A stretch of 46,992 nucleotides of DNA from Zeimonas sp. (GCA_036406255.1 DASWVL010000332.1:1-46992), one strand, 5' to 3'. Shown: positions 9,564-18,593, numbered from the stretch's first letter. Notes: generated from the letters alone by a model not told the origin. Numbers and translations are program-made.

Positions 9564-10150
9564 CCTCCCGGGTGCTCTCCGTCCGGTGCAGCGGGCGACG
9601 CAAGGTGCTGTGCGCGCTGTGCGCTGCGGTGCCGGGGGCCGTGGCGCTGCGCTCGGGGTCCGCCGGCGCGGCCGAGGCGCCGATCGAGCAGGTCAAGGCG
9701 GCGTACCTGCTGAAGTTCCCGAGTTTCGTCGACTGGCCGGCGTCCGCATTCCCGAGCGCTACCTCGCCGTTCGTCATCGCCGTTTCCGGCGCCGGCGACG
9801 TCTACGCGGCTTTGTGCGAGCTTGCGCCCGGCAATCCGATGCACGGGCGGCCGGTCGAGGTGCTGCGGCTGCAGAGTCCCGAGCCGACCACGACCACGCA
9901 TCTGGTCTTCGTGGGCAGCGACCGCTCGGCACAGCTTCCTGCCTGGATCGCCGCCTACGCCACACGGCCGGTCGTCGTGGTCGCGGACACGGTTGGAGGG
10001 CTGGAGAGCGGTGCCGCGCTGAATTTCGTCGAGGTCGGAAACCAGCTTCGATTCGAGGCGTCGCCGGGTGCGGCAGAGAAGTCGGGCCTGCGACTGAGTT
10101 CGCGCCTGCTCGGCGTGGCCGAGCGCGTGCTGAAGGGGGAATCCTCGTGA
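9560..10150 (+). CDS. YfiR/HmsC-like (DUF4154) periplasmic protein
   Basis: GTG overlaps the receptor stop (GTGA). Signal peptide, then EQVKAAYLLKFPSFVDWP...LNFVEVGNQLRFE...GLRLSSRLL, the typical YfiR-family pattern. Confidence 0.88.
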   Translation: MTSRVLSVRCSGRRKVLCALCAAVPGAVALRSGSAGAAEAPIEQVKAAYLLKFPSFVDWPASAFPSATSPFVIAVSGAGDVYAALCELAPGNPMHGRPVEVLRLQSPEPTTTTHLVFVGSDRSAQLPAWIAAYATRPVVVVADTVGGLESGAALNFVEVGNQLRFEASPGAAEKSGLRLSSRLLGVAERVLKGESS

Positions 10151-12012
10151 GCGCGCCCACGCTGCGCGGCCAGCTCACCTTCGCGTCGCTGGCGACGACC
10201 TTCATCGCCCTGCTGCTCGCCGCCGGTGCGCTGCTCGGCTACGAGCTGAACACCTACCGGCGAGCGTGGGTCGAAGACCTGCACGCACAGGCCGACCTGA
10301 TCGCCCGCGCGACGGCGGCCGCACTCGTGTTCGACGATCGGAAGGCGGCCCGCGAGAACCTCGCGCTGCTCGAGAGCCGTCACCGCATCCGCTCGGCGGC
10401 GATCTACCGCAACGGCGGGAGTGCGTTCGCGCAGTACCGCGCCGACCCCGAGCAGACGGTTCCGCCGGTCGATCCGGGCGGCGGCATCGGCAGCGAGCGC
10501 TTCTCGACGTCGACACTGGAGGTCGTCTACCCGGTGGAACAGGATGGTGTGCGCATCGGCTCGGTCTTCCTGCGTGCGCAGCACGACATCCGGGACCGCG
10601 CGCTCGGTTACGCGGCGATCCTCGCCGTGGTGAGCGCGGTGAGCCTCCTGCTGGCGAGTTTCGTGTTCGGCCGCCTGCAACGCGTGGTCACCGATCCGCT
10701 CGCCCGCATCTCCGACGTGGCGCAGCGCGTGATGGCGCGGCGCGACTGGAACCTGCGCGCGCCGCCCGTGCGCAACCGCGATATCGCCGCGCTCGTCGAT
10801 GCCTTCAACGGAATGCTCGACGAAGTGAAGAAGGCGACCGGCGAGCTGGAGCGCGAGACGCTCGAACGCCGGCAGGCCGAGGCGCGGCTGCAGCTCGCCG
10901 ATCGGCGCAAGGACGAGTTCCTGGCGACGCTCGCGCACGAGTTGCGAAACCCGCTCGCACCGATGACGAACGCGACGACGATGATCCGGCTCTCCCAAGG
11001 CAACGCGGGGATGCGCGACAAGGGCGTCGCGATCCTCGAGCGGCAGCTTCGTCACATCGTGCGGCTCATCGACGACCTGCTCGACATCTCCCGCATCACG
11101 ACCGGAAAACTCTCGTTGCAGATCGAGAACGTCGATCTCGTTCGCGTACTGCGTTCCGCGATGGAACTGGCCGACCCGGCGTTCGCGGAGCGTCGGCTGG
11201 CGTTCACCGCCGACATAGCCGAAGAGCGCTTCGTGGTGCTCGGCGACTCGGCGCGCCTGCTGCAGGTGCTGTCGAACCTGCTGGGCAACGCTGCGCGCTA
11301 CACCCCTGCCGGCGGGCGCGTGCACCTCGCGATGCGCGCGCTGCCCGACGCCGTCGAGATCGACGTCGCGGACACCGGAATCGGCATCGCCCGCGAAATG
11401 CAGCATCGCGTGTTCGAGCTGTTCGAGCAGGCCGACAAGTCGCTCGAGCGCGGCAATGCGGGGCTGGGCATCGGGCTGACGCTGGCGCGCCAGATCGTCG
11501 AGCTGCACGGCGGCGAGATCCGCCTGCACAGCGACGGTGTCGGGCACGGCACGACGTTCACGGTGCGTCTGCCGAATCCCGAGCGGTCGGGCGAAATGCC
11601 CGAAGCGTCGCCGCCCGGGGTTTCCCGGCGTCCGGACCGGGCGTGGTGCGTCCTCGTCGCCGACGACAACGTCGATTTCGCCTGGAGCCTGTCGGTGCTG
11701 CTCGAGTCGGCGGGACACGAGGTGCGCGTCGTGCACGACGGCGTCGATGCGCTGCAGGCGATCCGCGCGCGCGCACCCGATATCGCGATCCTGGACATCG
11801 GAATGCCGCGATTGAACGGCTACGAGGTCGCGCGTCGCGTGCGGGCGGAAATCGAGGCACCGGTGATGATGGTCGCGCTCACCGGCTGGGGGCAGGCGTC
11901 CGACCGCGAAGCCGCTTCACGCGCGGGATTCGATCACCATCTGGTCAAGCCGGTGGCGCCGGAAGAACTGCTCGCGCTGGTCGGCCGGCACGACTTCCGC
12001 GATGCGCGTTAG
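10147..12012 (+). CDS. Hybrid sensor histidine kinase (YfiN-like periplasmic sensor, HAMP, HisKA, HATPase, REC)
   Basis: GTGA overlap. Periplasmic AAALVFDD..AA.E.L..L motif, HAMP (LVDAFNGML), KDEFLATLAHELRNPL, GLGIGL, receiver VLVADDN...LDIGMP...HLVKP. Confidence 0.92.
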   Translation: MSAPTLRGQLTFASLATTFIALLLAAGALLGYELNTYRRAWVEDLHAQADLIARATAAALVFDDRKAARENLALLESRHRIRSAAIYRNGGSAFAQYRADPEQTVPPVDPGGGIGSERFSTSTLEVVYPVEQDGVRIGSVFLRAQHDIRDRALGYAAILAVVSAVSLLLASFVFGRLQRVVTDPLARISDVAQRVMARRDWNLRAPPVRNRDIAALVDAFNGMLDEVKKATGELERETLERRQAEARLQLADRRKDEFLATLAHELRNPLAPMTNATTMIRLSQGNAGMRDKGVAILERQLRHIVRLIDDLLDISRITTGKLSLQIENVDLVRVLRSAMELADPAFAERRLAFTADIAEERFVVLGDSARLLQVLSNLLGNAARYTPAGGRVHLAMRALPDAVEIDVADTGIGIAREMQHRVFELFEQADKSLERGNAGLGIGLTLARQIVELHGGEIRLHSDGVGHGTTFTVRLPNPERSGEMPEASPPGVSRRPDRAWCVLVADDNVDFAWSLSVLLESAGHEVRVVHDGVDALQAIRARAPDIAILDIGMPRLNGYEVARRVRAEIEAPVMMVALTGWGQASDREAASRAGFDHHLVKPVAPEELLALVGRHDFRDAR

Positions 12013-12374
12013 CGCCTCAGCCGTGCGATGCGCTCGCGCAGCACGACTGCCTGGTTGTGCCGCTCGTCCCGCGCCGAGTACACCAGCGTGATCGGGCGTT
12101 CGCCCGCGGCGTCGACGACGGCGCGCAGCCGCTCGTGTGCCTCGGGGGTGTCCAGTTCCTCGCGGTAGCGTTCGCGGAACGCCTCCCAGCGTTCGGGATC
12201 GTGCCCGAACCACTTGCGCAGTTCGGTGCTCGGCGCAAGCTCCTTCGCCCATTCGTCCAGCACGAGGTCGTCCTTGCGGCGTCCGCGCGGCCAGACGCGG
12301 TCGACGAGGACGCGGTATCCGTCGGCGGCATTCGGCTCGTCGTAGGCGCGCCGGATCGAGACCTTCCCCTGCAT
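12009..12374 (-). CDS. DUF488 (YeaO-like) family protein
   Basis: IRRAY, DGYRVLVDRVWPRG, ELAPSTELRKWFGHDP, TLVYSARD..HNQAVVL. Confidence 0.92.
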   Translation of the reverse strand: MQGKVSIRRAYDEPNAADGYRVLVDRVWPRGRRKDDLVLDEWAKELAPSTELRKWFGHDPERWEAFRERYREELDTPEAHERLRAVVDAAGERPITLVYSARDERHNQAVVLRERIARLRR

Positions 12375-12528
12375 GGCCCCTCGATCATAGTGTCGATGCC
12401 GGGTGCGGCAGGCGGGTTCTCTTCTCGTCCAGCAGGCGATTGACCGCCGTTTCGTGGCCCGCGCGCTACGATCGGAGTCGCCGAGCCGACGCGTTCCGCA
12501 GCCGGCGGGCGTTCGCAGGGAGACCGCG

Positions 12529-13119
12529 ATGAGAGAGATCCTCGCGCTCGCCGCCGGGTGGGCAGTCGGGGCGGCGACGATGTATTACCTCGACCCTCAC
12601 GGCGGCCGCCGTCGGCGGGCCGTCGCGCGCGACAAGCTCGTCGCCTGGTCGCACGATGCCGGCGATCTCGCCCAGCGGGGCAGCCGTCGGGCGATGAAGC
12701 GGATGAGAGGCGTGGCAGCCGCACAGCGTGCGCGCTGGCACGCGTCGCCCCCGCACAGCGACGAGCAACTGCGCGAACGCGTGCGTTCCCGCCTGGGGCG
12801 GGCGCTCCGCTACCCGGGAGCGATCGACGTCGTCGCGAGCGATGGTCGGATCACGTTGCGAGGACCGGTTCTCGCCGAGGACGTTTCGTCGCTGATCTCC
12901 ACGGTCCGCGGCGTTCCGGGCGTCGGCGACGTCGAGAACCTGCTTACCGTGCACGACGAACCCGGGCACGTGCCCGAGCTGCAGGGTGCGCGCGGCGAGA
13001 TGGGCCGGGAACCGTCGCTGCTCGCATCGTCGCTGGCGGCACTCGCGATCGTCGCGCCGACGGCGCTGGTGCTCGGCGCCGCCCGGCTCGGCGCGTTGCG
13101 CAACGGAAAGGATGCGTGA
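12529..13119 (+). CDS. BON domain-containing membrane-associated protein
   Basis: ATG after GGGAGA. MYYLDPHGGRRRRA N-terminal motif; BON domain (DEQLRERVRSRL...GRITLRG...VRGVPGVGDVENLL). Confidence 0.85.
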   Translation: MREILALAAGWAVGAATMYYLDPHGGRRRRAVARDKLVAWSHDAGDLAQRGSRRAMKRMRGVAAAQRARWHASPPHSDEQLRERVRSRLGRALRYPGAIDVVASDGRITLRGPVLAEDVSSLISTVRGVPGVGDVENLLTVHDEPGHVPELQGARGEMGREPSLLASSLAALAIVAPTALVLGAARLGALRNGKDA

Positions 13120-13123
13120 CCGA

Positions 13124-13918
13124 TCAGGGCACGCGGCCGCGAGCCGCCCAGGCACGCGCATCGAGTTCGATCGAACCGTCCGCGGCGAGGGGCAACGCGT
13201 CGCGGATGCGCTCGCGCAGCGAATCGCGCCGCGTCGAATCGATCGACATCAGATACGTGGGTGCCGGCCCCTGTCCGCCGAGGAACGGCGACCAGTAGTC
13301 GTCGAAATCCCGGAAACGCGTCGTGATGTCGATTGCGCGAACCTGCACGTCGACCAGTCCGGCCTCGGTGAAGAGCCGGTGCAGTCCCTGCCGCGAGCAG
13401 ATCGGGAAACGCCGGCCCTCGTCGCGCGCCTGTGCGGCGGGGTCCAGCCGGACCGCCGCGTCCCAGAACACGCGCATCATCCGCATCCCCCGCGCGTAGT
13501 CCCACACGTACGTCGCTACGAGGGCGCCGGGGCGCGCGACGCGGATCATCTCGCCGAGCGCGGCTCGAGGTTCCGGCACGAAGTTCAGCACGAGTGCGCT
13601 CACCGCCGCGTCGAACGACGATGCATCGAAGGGGAGCGCGCACGCGTCGGCGACGGTGAATCGCGCACGCGGATCGAGCACGTGCGCGCGCGCATGATCG
13701 ACGAAGGCCTTCGAAGCGTCGATGCCGTCGACTGCGCGGGGTGCGGAGCAATCGAGAATCGTTTCGACGAGCGCGCCGGTGCCGCAGCCGACGTCGAGCC
13801 AGCGCAGGTCGGTGGGTTGCTCGAGCCACGACACGAACGGGCGCGCAACGAGCCGGCTCCAGCGCCCGACGTAGGGCTCGTACCGATCGCCGGCACTCCA
13901 GGCCTCGGTGGCGCTCAT
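13124..13918 (-). CDS. Class I SAM-dependent methyltransferase
   Basis: ATG 13918 after GGGAGG. YEPYVGRWS, WLDVGCGTGAL, LPFDASSFD, LVLNFVP. Confidence 0.92.
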   Translation of the reverse strand: MSATEAWSAGDRYEPYVGRWSRLVARPFVSWLEQPTDLRWLDVGCGTGALVETILDCSAPRAVDGIDASKAFVDHARAHVLDPRARFTVADACALPFDASSFDAAVSALVLNFVPEPRAALGEMIRVARPGALVATYVWDYARGMRMMRVFWDAAVRLDPAAQARDEGRRFPICSRQGLHRLFTEAGLVDVQVRAIDITTRFRDFDDYWSPFLGGQGPAPTYLMSIDSTRRDSLRERIRDALPLAADGSIELDARAWAARGRVP

Positions 13919-14115
13919 CGTCGGCCTCCCGTTGCGGGAATTGCGGCCAGTATGGCCGGTTCCCGGTCGTCGAACCAGCGCCGTTTTCCGTTCGATCGCC
14001 GTTCGGGCGAGATCCTGCCGTCCGCGCTCGGGAGCACCGCTTGCTCCGCGAGCCCGCCGCCGGAGGGAGCTGCAGTCTCCACGCCCCGAGGCGTCCACTG
14101 CAGGGAGATTCGGGC

Positions 14116-14553
14116 ATGAGAACCGCCGCATCGATGCTGTCGTGCCTCGCGGTCGCCTCCTTCGCCGCCTCGGCCACGGCGGAGGATTTCCATCGTGTCG
14201 TCGCGGGGCTGAACTATCGGGTGGCCGGCGGCGTCGACGCCGAACTCGCGCAGGCGGTGCGCGTGCGCCCCGACACGGGGAAAGTCCTCGTTCGATATTC
14301 GAATGCGAGAACCGAGTGGGTCGACCCGGCACGACTGGCGGCACAGCCGCAGCCTCTCGCCACCGATTCCGGGCCGTACCTGTTCGTCGCCGCGGCGTTG
14401 GCGTGCCTGCTCGACAGGGACGGGTGCGCGCGCAAAGCCGCGGCGCAGCCGACCGCCTGGACCGTCTCGCGATCAGGACGCGCAAATGCGGTCGGCGGCC
14501 GCGACGGTATCACTCCCGTCCGCGAGACCACTGCGGCAGGCACGTTGCGCTAG
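14116..14553 (+). CDS. Hypothetical exported protein
   Basis: ATG after GGGAGA; signal peptide ending ASATA-E; amino-acid composition unlike a shadow ORF; second hydrophobic stretch YLFVAAALACLL. No family recognised. Confidence 0.6.
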   Translation: MRTAASMLSCLAVASFAASATAEDFHRVVAGLNYRVAGGVDAELAQAVRVRPDTGKVLVRYSNARTEWVDPARLAAQPQPLATDSGPYLFVAAALACLLDRDGCARKAAAQPTAWTVSRSGRANAVGGRDGITPVRETTAAGTLR

Positions 14554-15607
14554 CGTCGGGCCGGAAGAGGCGCGAAGACGATCGCGCCGCGCCGAGCGTG
14601 GCCGCGGCGAATTCCTCGAACGCCTCGTCCCAGCGACGTGCCGGCGCTCGCGATTCGAGGTTCGTGCGCAGGCGCGCGCGCAACGACCCGTCGGCGATCG
14701 CGCGGCGGAGTGCCTCGCGCACGGAATCGCCGTCGCCGACCGGCACGAGCAGCGCATCGATGCCGTCCCGATACAGTCGACCGGCGTCGCCCACGCGGCA
14801 GGCGACCGCCGGAAGCGAGCGCGCCGCCGCCTCGGCGAGCGCCATTCCGTACGACTCGTGACGGCTCGGAAAGACGAAGACGTCTGCCAGGTCCATCCGC
14901 TCGACGATGGCGCGCGCCTCGAGCGGCCCGTGCCGGACGAGGCGCGCTGCCAGCCCGAGGCGCCGCGATGTCTCGTCGAAGGACCGCGAGTACTCGGGGT
15001 CTGCGCCGCCGTCGCCCACGAGGTGCCAGCGCCAGGGAAGCGAGCGCAGCGAAGCCAGTGTCGGCAGCAGCTCGAGCAGTCCCTTGGCGGGGAGCAGGTT
15101 CGACACGGTCAGCAGTTCGACGGCAGCGCCCGCGCGGCGGCGGCGGGGGCGCCGGGGCACGAGGAACGGCTCGCGCAACCCGGGCTCGCAGCGCACGATC
15201 GTCCGCCCGGGATGCTGACGTTGCAGCGTTCGCCGGATTGCCTCGCCGGGAACGAGGACGAGCACGGCCGCCTCGACGATCGCGCGCTCGATCGACGCGC
15301 GCCGCGCGCGTTCGGTTGCATCGACCGCGGGGTCGAGCGACGGCAGCCAGTGCAGCAGAACGGCGCGGTTGCCGGGCTCGAGCGCACGCCGTCGCGCCAG
15401 CGGTTCGAGCAGCAGGCCGTCCCAGACGCGGAACGCGGGCGTGCGTTCGCGAAATCGCGCCTCGACCTCGTCGGGACGGACGACGACCGACGACAACGGG
15501 AAGCCGCAACGTGCCGCCGCCTGCAGCAGGCATCGGTCGTAGACGTTTCCGCCGGACGGGCGATCGAGCGGCGGATGCAGCAGTTCGAGCGGCGTGCGCA
15601 TCGGCAT
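14510..15607 (-). CDS. Glycosyltransferase family 4 (GT-B), PTPS-IV cluster type
   Basis: N-terminal PSGGNVYDR; NLLPAKG; ADVFVFPSRHESYGMALAEA (EX7E). Confidence 0.9.
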   Translation of the reverse strand: MPMRTPLELLHPPLDRPSGGNVYDRCLLQAAARCGFPLSSVVVRPDEVEARFRERTPAFRVWDGLLLEPLARRRALEPGNRAVLLHWLPSLDPAVDATERARRASIERAIVEAAVLVLVPGEAIRRTLQRQHPGRTIVRCEPGLREPFLVPRRPRRRRAGAAVELLTVSNLLPAKGLLELLPTLASLRSLPWRWHLVGDGGADPEYSRSFDETSRRLGLAARLVRHGPLEARAIVERMDLADVFVFPSRHESYGMALAEAAARSLPAVACRVGDAGRLYRDGIDALLVPVGDGDSVREALRRAIADGSLRARLRTNLESRAPARRWDEAFEEFAAATLGAARSSSRLFRPDASATCLPQWSRGRE

Positions 15608-15615
15608 CTGCGGAA

Positions 15616-15984
15616 CTAGCGCCGGTACGCTGCCCAGTCGCGCTCGTTCTCCCAGAGCCGCACGCGCAGCGCGAGCCTGCGCTCGTCGACGCGTGAAGCG
15701 AGCATCGCGTGGAAGACCCGCGCGAAATGCTCGAGACTCGGGTTCATCGCCTCGAACGCGGGCAGCTCGTTGAGGACCTGTCCGCGAAGCTGCGCGACGA
15801 CCTGGTCGACGGCGCGGCCGAGCGCGACGATGTCGACGAGGAAGCCGTGCTCGTCCAGTTCGGCCCCTTCGACGAGGACGTCGGCGCGGTAGCGGTGGCT
15901 GTGCGTCTCGTTTTCGGCGCCCCAGTCGCCGCCCACGAGCCGGTGATGGGCGATGAACTCGCGCGTGATCGACAGCTGGTACAC
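15616..15984 (-). CDS. 6-pyruvoyl-tetrahydropterin synthase homologue (COG0720/QueD T-fold, PTPS-IV type)
   Basis: GTG 15984 after GGAG. F.AHH.L...HSH.Y metal ligands, GFLVDI, LNELPAF..NPSLE, VRLWE. Lacks the QueD CxxxHGH Cys (has GGDWGAENETHSH instead). Confidence 0.88.
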   Translation of the reverse strand: MYQLSITREFIAHHRLVGGDWGAENETHSHRYRADVLVEGAELDEHGFLVDIVALGRAVDQVVAQLRGQVLNELPAFEAMNPSLEHFARVFHAMLASRVDERRLALRVRLWENERDWAAYRR

Positions 15985-16000
15985 GAGGCGGCTCCGTCGC

Positions 16001-17029
16001 TCAGCGGTACTCGAAGACCGCCTGCAGCACCCCGTCGGCACGCGCGCTCACCAGCTCGAAGGCGCGCTGGCAGTCGTCGAAGCGGAAATGGTGCGTGACG
16101 AAACCGCGGGGTTCGATGCGCTCGATCGCGCGCCACGCCGCTTCGAGCCGTCGCTGCGAAGACCACCGACCCGACAGCCGAGGCGCGATGCTGCTCACCT
16201 GGCTCGAGACGAGCGTGATACGCCTGCGATGGAAATGCCCGCCCAGGTCGATCGCCGCAAGGCCGGCCCCATACCACGAGGCAACGACGATCCGGGAATC
16301 GTATCCGGCCAGTTCGATCGCCCGGTTCAGCGCGTCCGCGTTGCCCGAGAGTTCGATCGCGAGGTCGAGTCCGTCGTCGCCTCTGCCGTCGAAGAGCCGC
16401 TCGCGCAACGTCGCGCATTGCCCGGCGTCGGCCGGGTCGATCGAGACGTGCGCGCCCAGCGCGATCGATCGTTCGCGCCGGTGGGCGATCGGGTCGGCGC
16501 TCGCCAGCAGATCGAGCGGAAACTGTGCGAGCAGTGCGATCGTCAACAGCCCGACCACGCCCTGGCCGAACACGAGCGCGCGCTCGCCGAGCTTCGGTTC
16601 GGCGTCGAGCACGAAGCTCACCGCCGATTCGGCGTTCGGCAGGAAAAGCGCAGCGAGCGGCTCGATGCCGGCGGGGATCGCGACGACGTCGCGCATCGGC
16701 ACCACCGCGTAATCCTGATGCGGATGGAACGCGAACACGCGCCGTTGCAGCCACGCACGGTCGACCTGCGCGCCGGCGTCGACGATCTCGCCGACGAGCG
16801 CGTAGCCGTAGGCGAACGGGTACGACGCGCCGGAACGCAGGCTCGCGATGCGCGCATCGAGCGGCAGCCCCCGGGGATGCCGACCTTCGAAGACGAGCGA
16901 CTCGGTGCCGGGACTGATCGCCGAATACAGCGTCCGGATCAGCACCTCGTCGCTGCCGAGCGCCGGCAGGCTCGCATGGCCGACGGCCACTTTGCGGGCG
17001 GCGACGTGCTGGATCGCGCGAGCCTTCAT
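16001..17029 (-). CDS. Medium-chain dehydrogenase/reductase (zinc-binding alcohol dehydrogenase superfamily)
   Basis: EVLIRTLYSAISPGTE, GYALVGEI, VFAFHPHQ, Rossmann VFGQGVVGL. ATGA overlap with the RibD-C gene. Confidence 0.9.
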   Translation of the reverse strand: MKARAIQHVAARKVAVGHASLPALGSDEVLIRTLYSAISPGTESLVFEGRHPRGLPLDARIASLRSGASYPFAYGYALVGEIVDAGAQVDRAWLQRRVFAFHPHQDYAVVPMRDVVAIPAGIEPLAALFLPNAESAVSFVLDAEPKLGERALVFGQGVVGLLTIALLAQFPLDLLASADPIAHRRERSIALGAHVSIDPADAGQCATLRERLFDGRGDDGLDLAIELSGNADALNRAIELAGYDSRIVVASWYGAGLAAIDLGGHFHRRRITLVSSQVSSIAPRLSGRWSSQRRLEAAWRAIERIEPRGFVTHHFRFDDCQRAFELVSARADGVLQAVFEYR

Positions 17030-17748
17030 CGAAGGCCCAGCGGCCCGTACGCGACGAGGTCCGACCCCAGCGCCTGGTAGCGGCAATCGACGATCGACAG
17101 CGGCGTCTCGCTGCGCGGCCGGCAGGGCTGCTCGAGCGCCTTCACGCCGCCCAGGAAGGTCGGAGCGATCGTCACGATGCAGTAGTCGACGAGCTGGGCA
17201 GCGAGGATGGACTGGATGACGGCGGCACCGCCTTCGACCATCACCGAGCGCAGGGACAGCGAGCCGAGGCGATCGAGTGCCGCGCCGAGGTCGACGCGAC
17301 CGTCCGGCGTTCGCGCGACGCGCTGCACGCACGCTCCCAGCGCCGCGAGACGGGCCGCCTTCGCTTCCGGTGCACGGTCGGTCGTCACGATGATCGGCCG
17401 ATGGGTCGGGTGCTTCAGCAGCCTGGCGTTCTCCGGGAAGCGCAACCGGCTGTCGAGGATCACCGGGCGCGGGTCGTCGCCGAGGCAGTGGCGCACGGTG
17501 AGTTGCGGATCGTCGCTGAGGACGGTGTTCACGCCGACCAGCAGCGCGTCATGCAACGCGCGCAGCCGGTGCGTCATCTCGAGCGTCTTGCGGCAGCTGA
17601 GCGCGTACGGACGCGAGCGCGAGACCGAGACGCTGCCGTCGATGCTCTGCGACCAGCTCAGCGTGACGAAAGGCCGCTCGCGCATCCAGCGGCGATGCGC
17701 GACGAGCCGGCTCGCGAGCGGACGAAGGAACGCCAGTTCATCGGACAT
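17026..17748 (-). CDS. RibD C-terminal reductase domain protein (pyrimidine reductase / DHFR fold), no deaminase domain
   Basis: RPFVTLSWSQSIDG, HRLRALHDALLVGVNTVLSDDPQLTVR, P.PVILDSRLR, SVMVEGG, TIAP.FLGG. Confidence 0.92.
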   Translation of the reverse strand: MSDELAFLRPLASRLVAHRRWMRERPFVTLSWSQSIDGSVSVSRSRPYALSCRKTLEMTHRLRALHDALLVGVNTVLSDDPQLTVRHCLGDDPRPVILDSRLRFPENARLLKHPTHRPIIVTTDRAPEAKAARLAALGACVQRVARTPDGRVDLGAALDRLGSLSLRSVMVEGGAAVIQSILAAQLVDYCIVTIAPTFLGGVKALEQPCRPRSETPLSIVDCRYQALGSDLVAYGPLGLR

Positions 17749-17885
17749 CGCGAAACGTTCGTCGAAGCGGGGCAACGCGTGCACGAGCGGCCTCGTTCGC
17801 GGCTTGCGATGCCCGATCGTACTGCCATTGCCCGGCGGTGCGATGGATGTCCGCGCGGCCGGGCGGGCGAGTGCGGGGGACCGGA

Positions 17886-18449
17886 TCACCCTGTGCCGAC
17901 CGGCACCGTCTTGACGATCTCGAGCAGCTGGCGGAAATGCGGATGCGCGCTCGACCCCATCCACTCGAACAGCACCATCTCGGGCGAGACGATGGTGGCG
18001 CCCGCCTGCTGCAGACGCTGCATCGCGAGCCGGTGGTCGGTAGGCCGACGCGAGCCGCACGCGGCTTCGACGACCCACACGCGGCGCTCGTGGCGCAACA
18101 GCCCGAGCGCGGTCTGCAGCAGGCAGACGTGCGCCTCGCAGCCGGCGACGACGACCTGCCGGGCACGCGGTGCCACCTCGTCGACCGCGGCGCACAGCCC
18201 GTCTTCGCACGCGTCGAAGGCACGCTTGGGCACCGTGGCGTCGCACAGCGCGCGCACCGGTTCGACGTTCGGCCCGAGCCCCTGCCGGTTCTGCTCGGTG
18301 CCGACGACCGGGATCCCGAGCACGCGCGCGGCCTCGGCGAGCTGCACCGCGCAGCGCACGACGTCGCGCGCTGCGTGGATCGCCGGCATCAGCCGCTCCT
18401 GATAGTCGACCAAAACGAGCGCGCAGCGCCCGGCGTCGATCGCGTCCAT
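17886..18449 (-). CDS. Isochorismatase-family cysteine hydrolase
   Basis: ATG 18449 after GAGGAG. LVLVDYQERL, TEQ, K..F, GCEAHVC (Asp-Lys-Cys triad). Confidence 0.92.
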   Translation of the reverse strand: MDAIDAGRCALVLVDYQERLMPAIHAARDVVRCAVQLAEAARVLGIPVVGTEQNRQGLGPNVEPVRALCDATVPKRAFDACEDGLCAAVDEVAPRARQVVVAGCEAHVCLLQTALGLLRHERRVWVVEAACGSRRPTDHRLAMQRLQQAGATIVSPEMVLFEWMGSSAHPHFRQLLEIVKTVPVGTG

Positions 18450-18593
18450 GCCATCTCCTCGTGACGTGCGCCGTCGCAGAACCCGGAACGGCCACCGAGT
18501 GTAAACATTGACCGCGAGGCGCGACACCCGTCATCTTTGCCGATGCGGCCATTCGCGCCCCTTTCCCTTGCCCATCCGATTCCCGGAGACCGC

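Noticed and set aside
7494-10150. 828-aa ORF 7664..10150 and 808-aa ORF 9586..12012 as large fusion proteins
   Set aside because: Only their C-terminal parts (from GTG 9560 and GTG 10147) are protein-like; the rest is off-frame over upstream genes.
15616-17748. Calling these genes queD and ribD of queuosine or riboflavin synthesis
   Set aside because: The PTPS lacks the QueD Cys motif and there are no queC/E/F genes; RibD lacks the deaminase domain and there are no ribA/B/E/H genes or FMN riboswitch.
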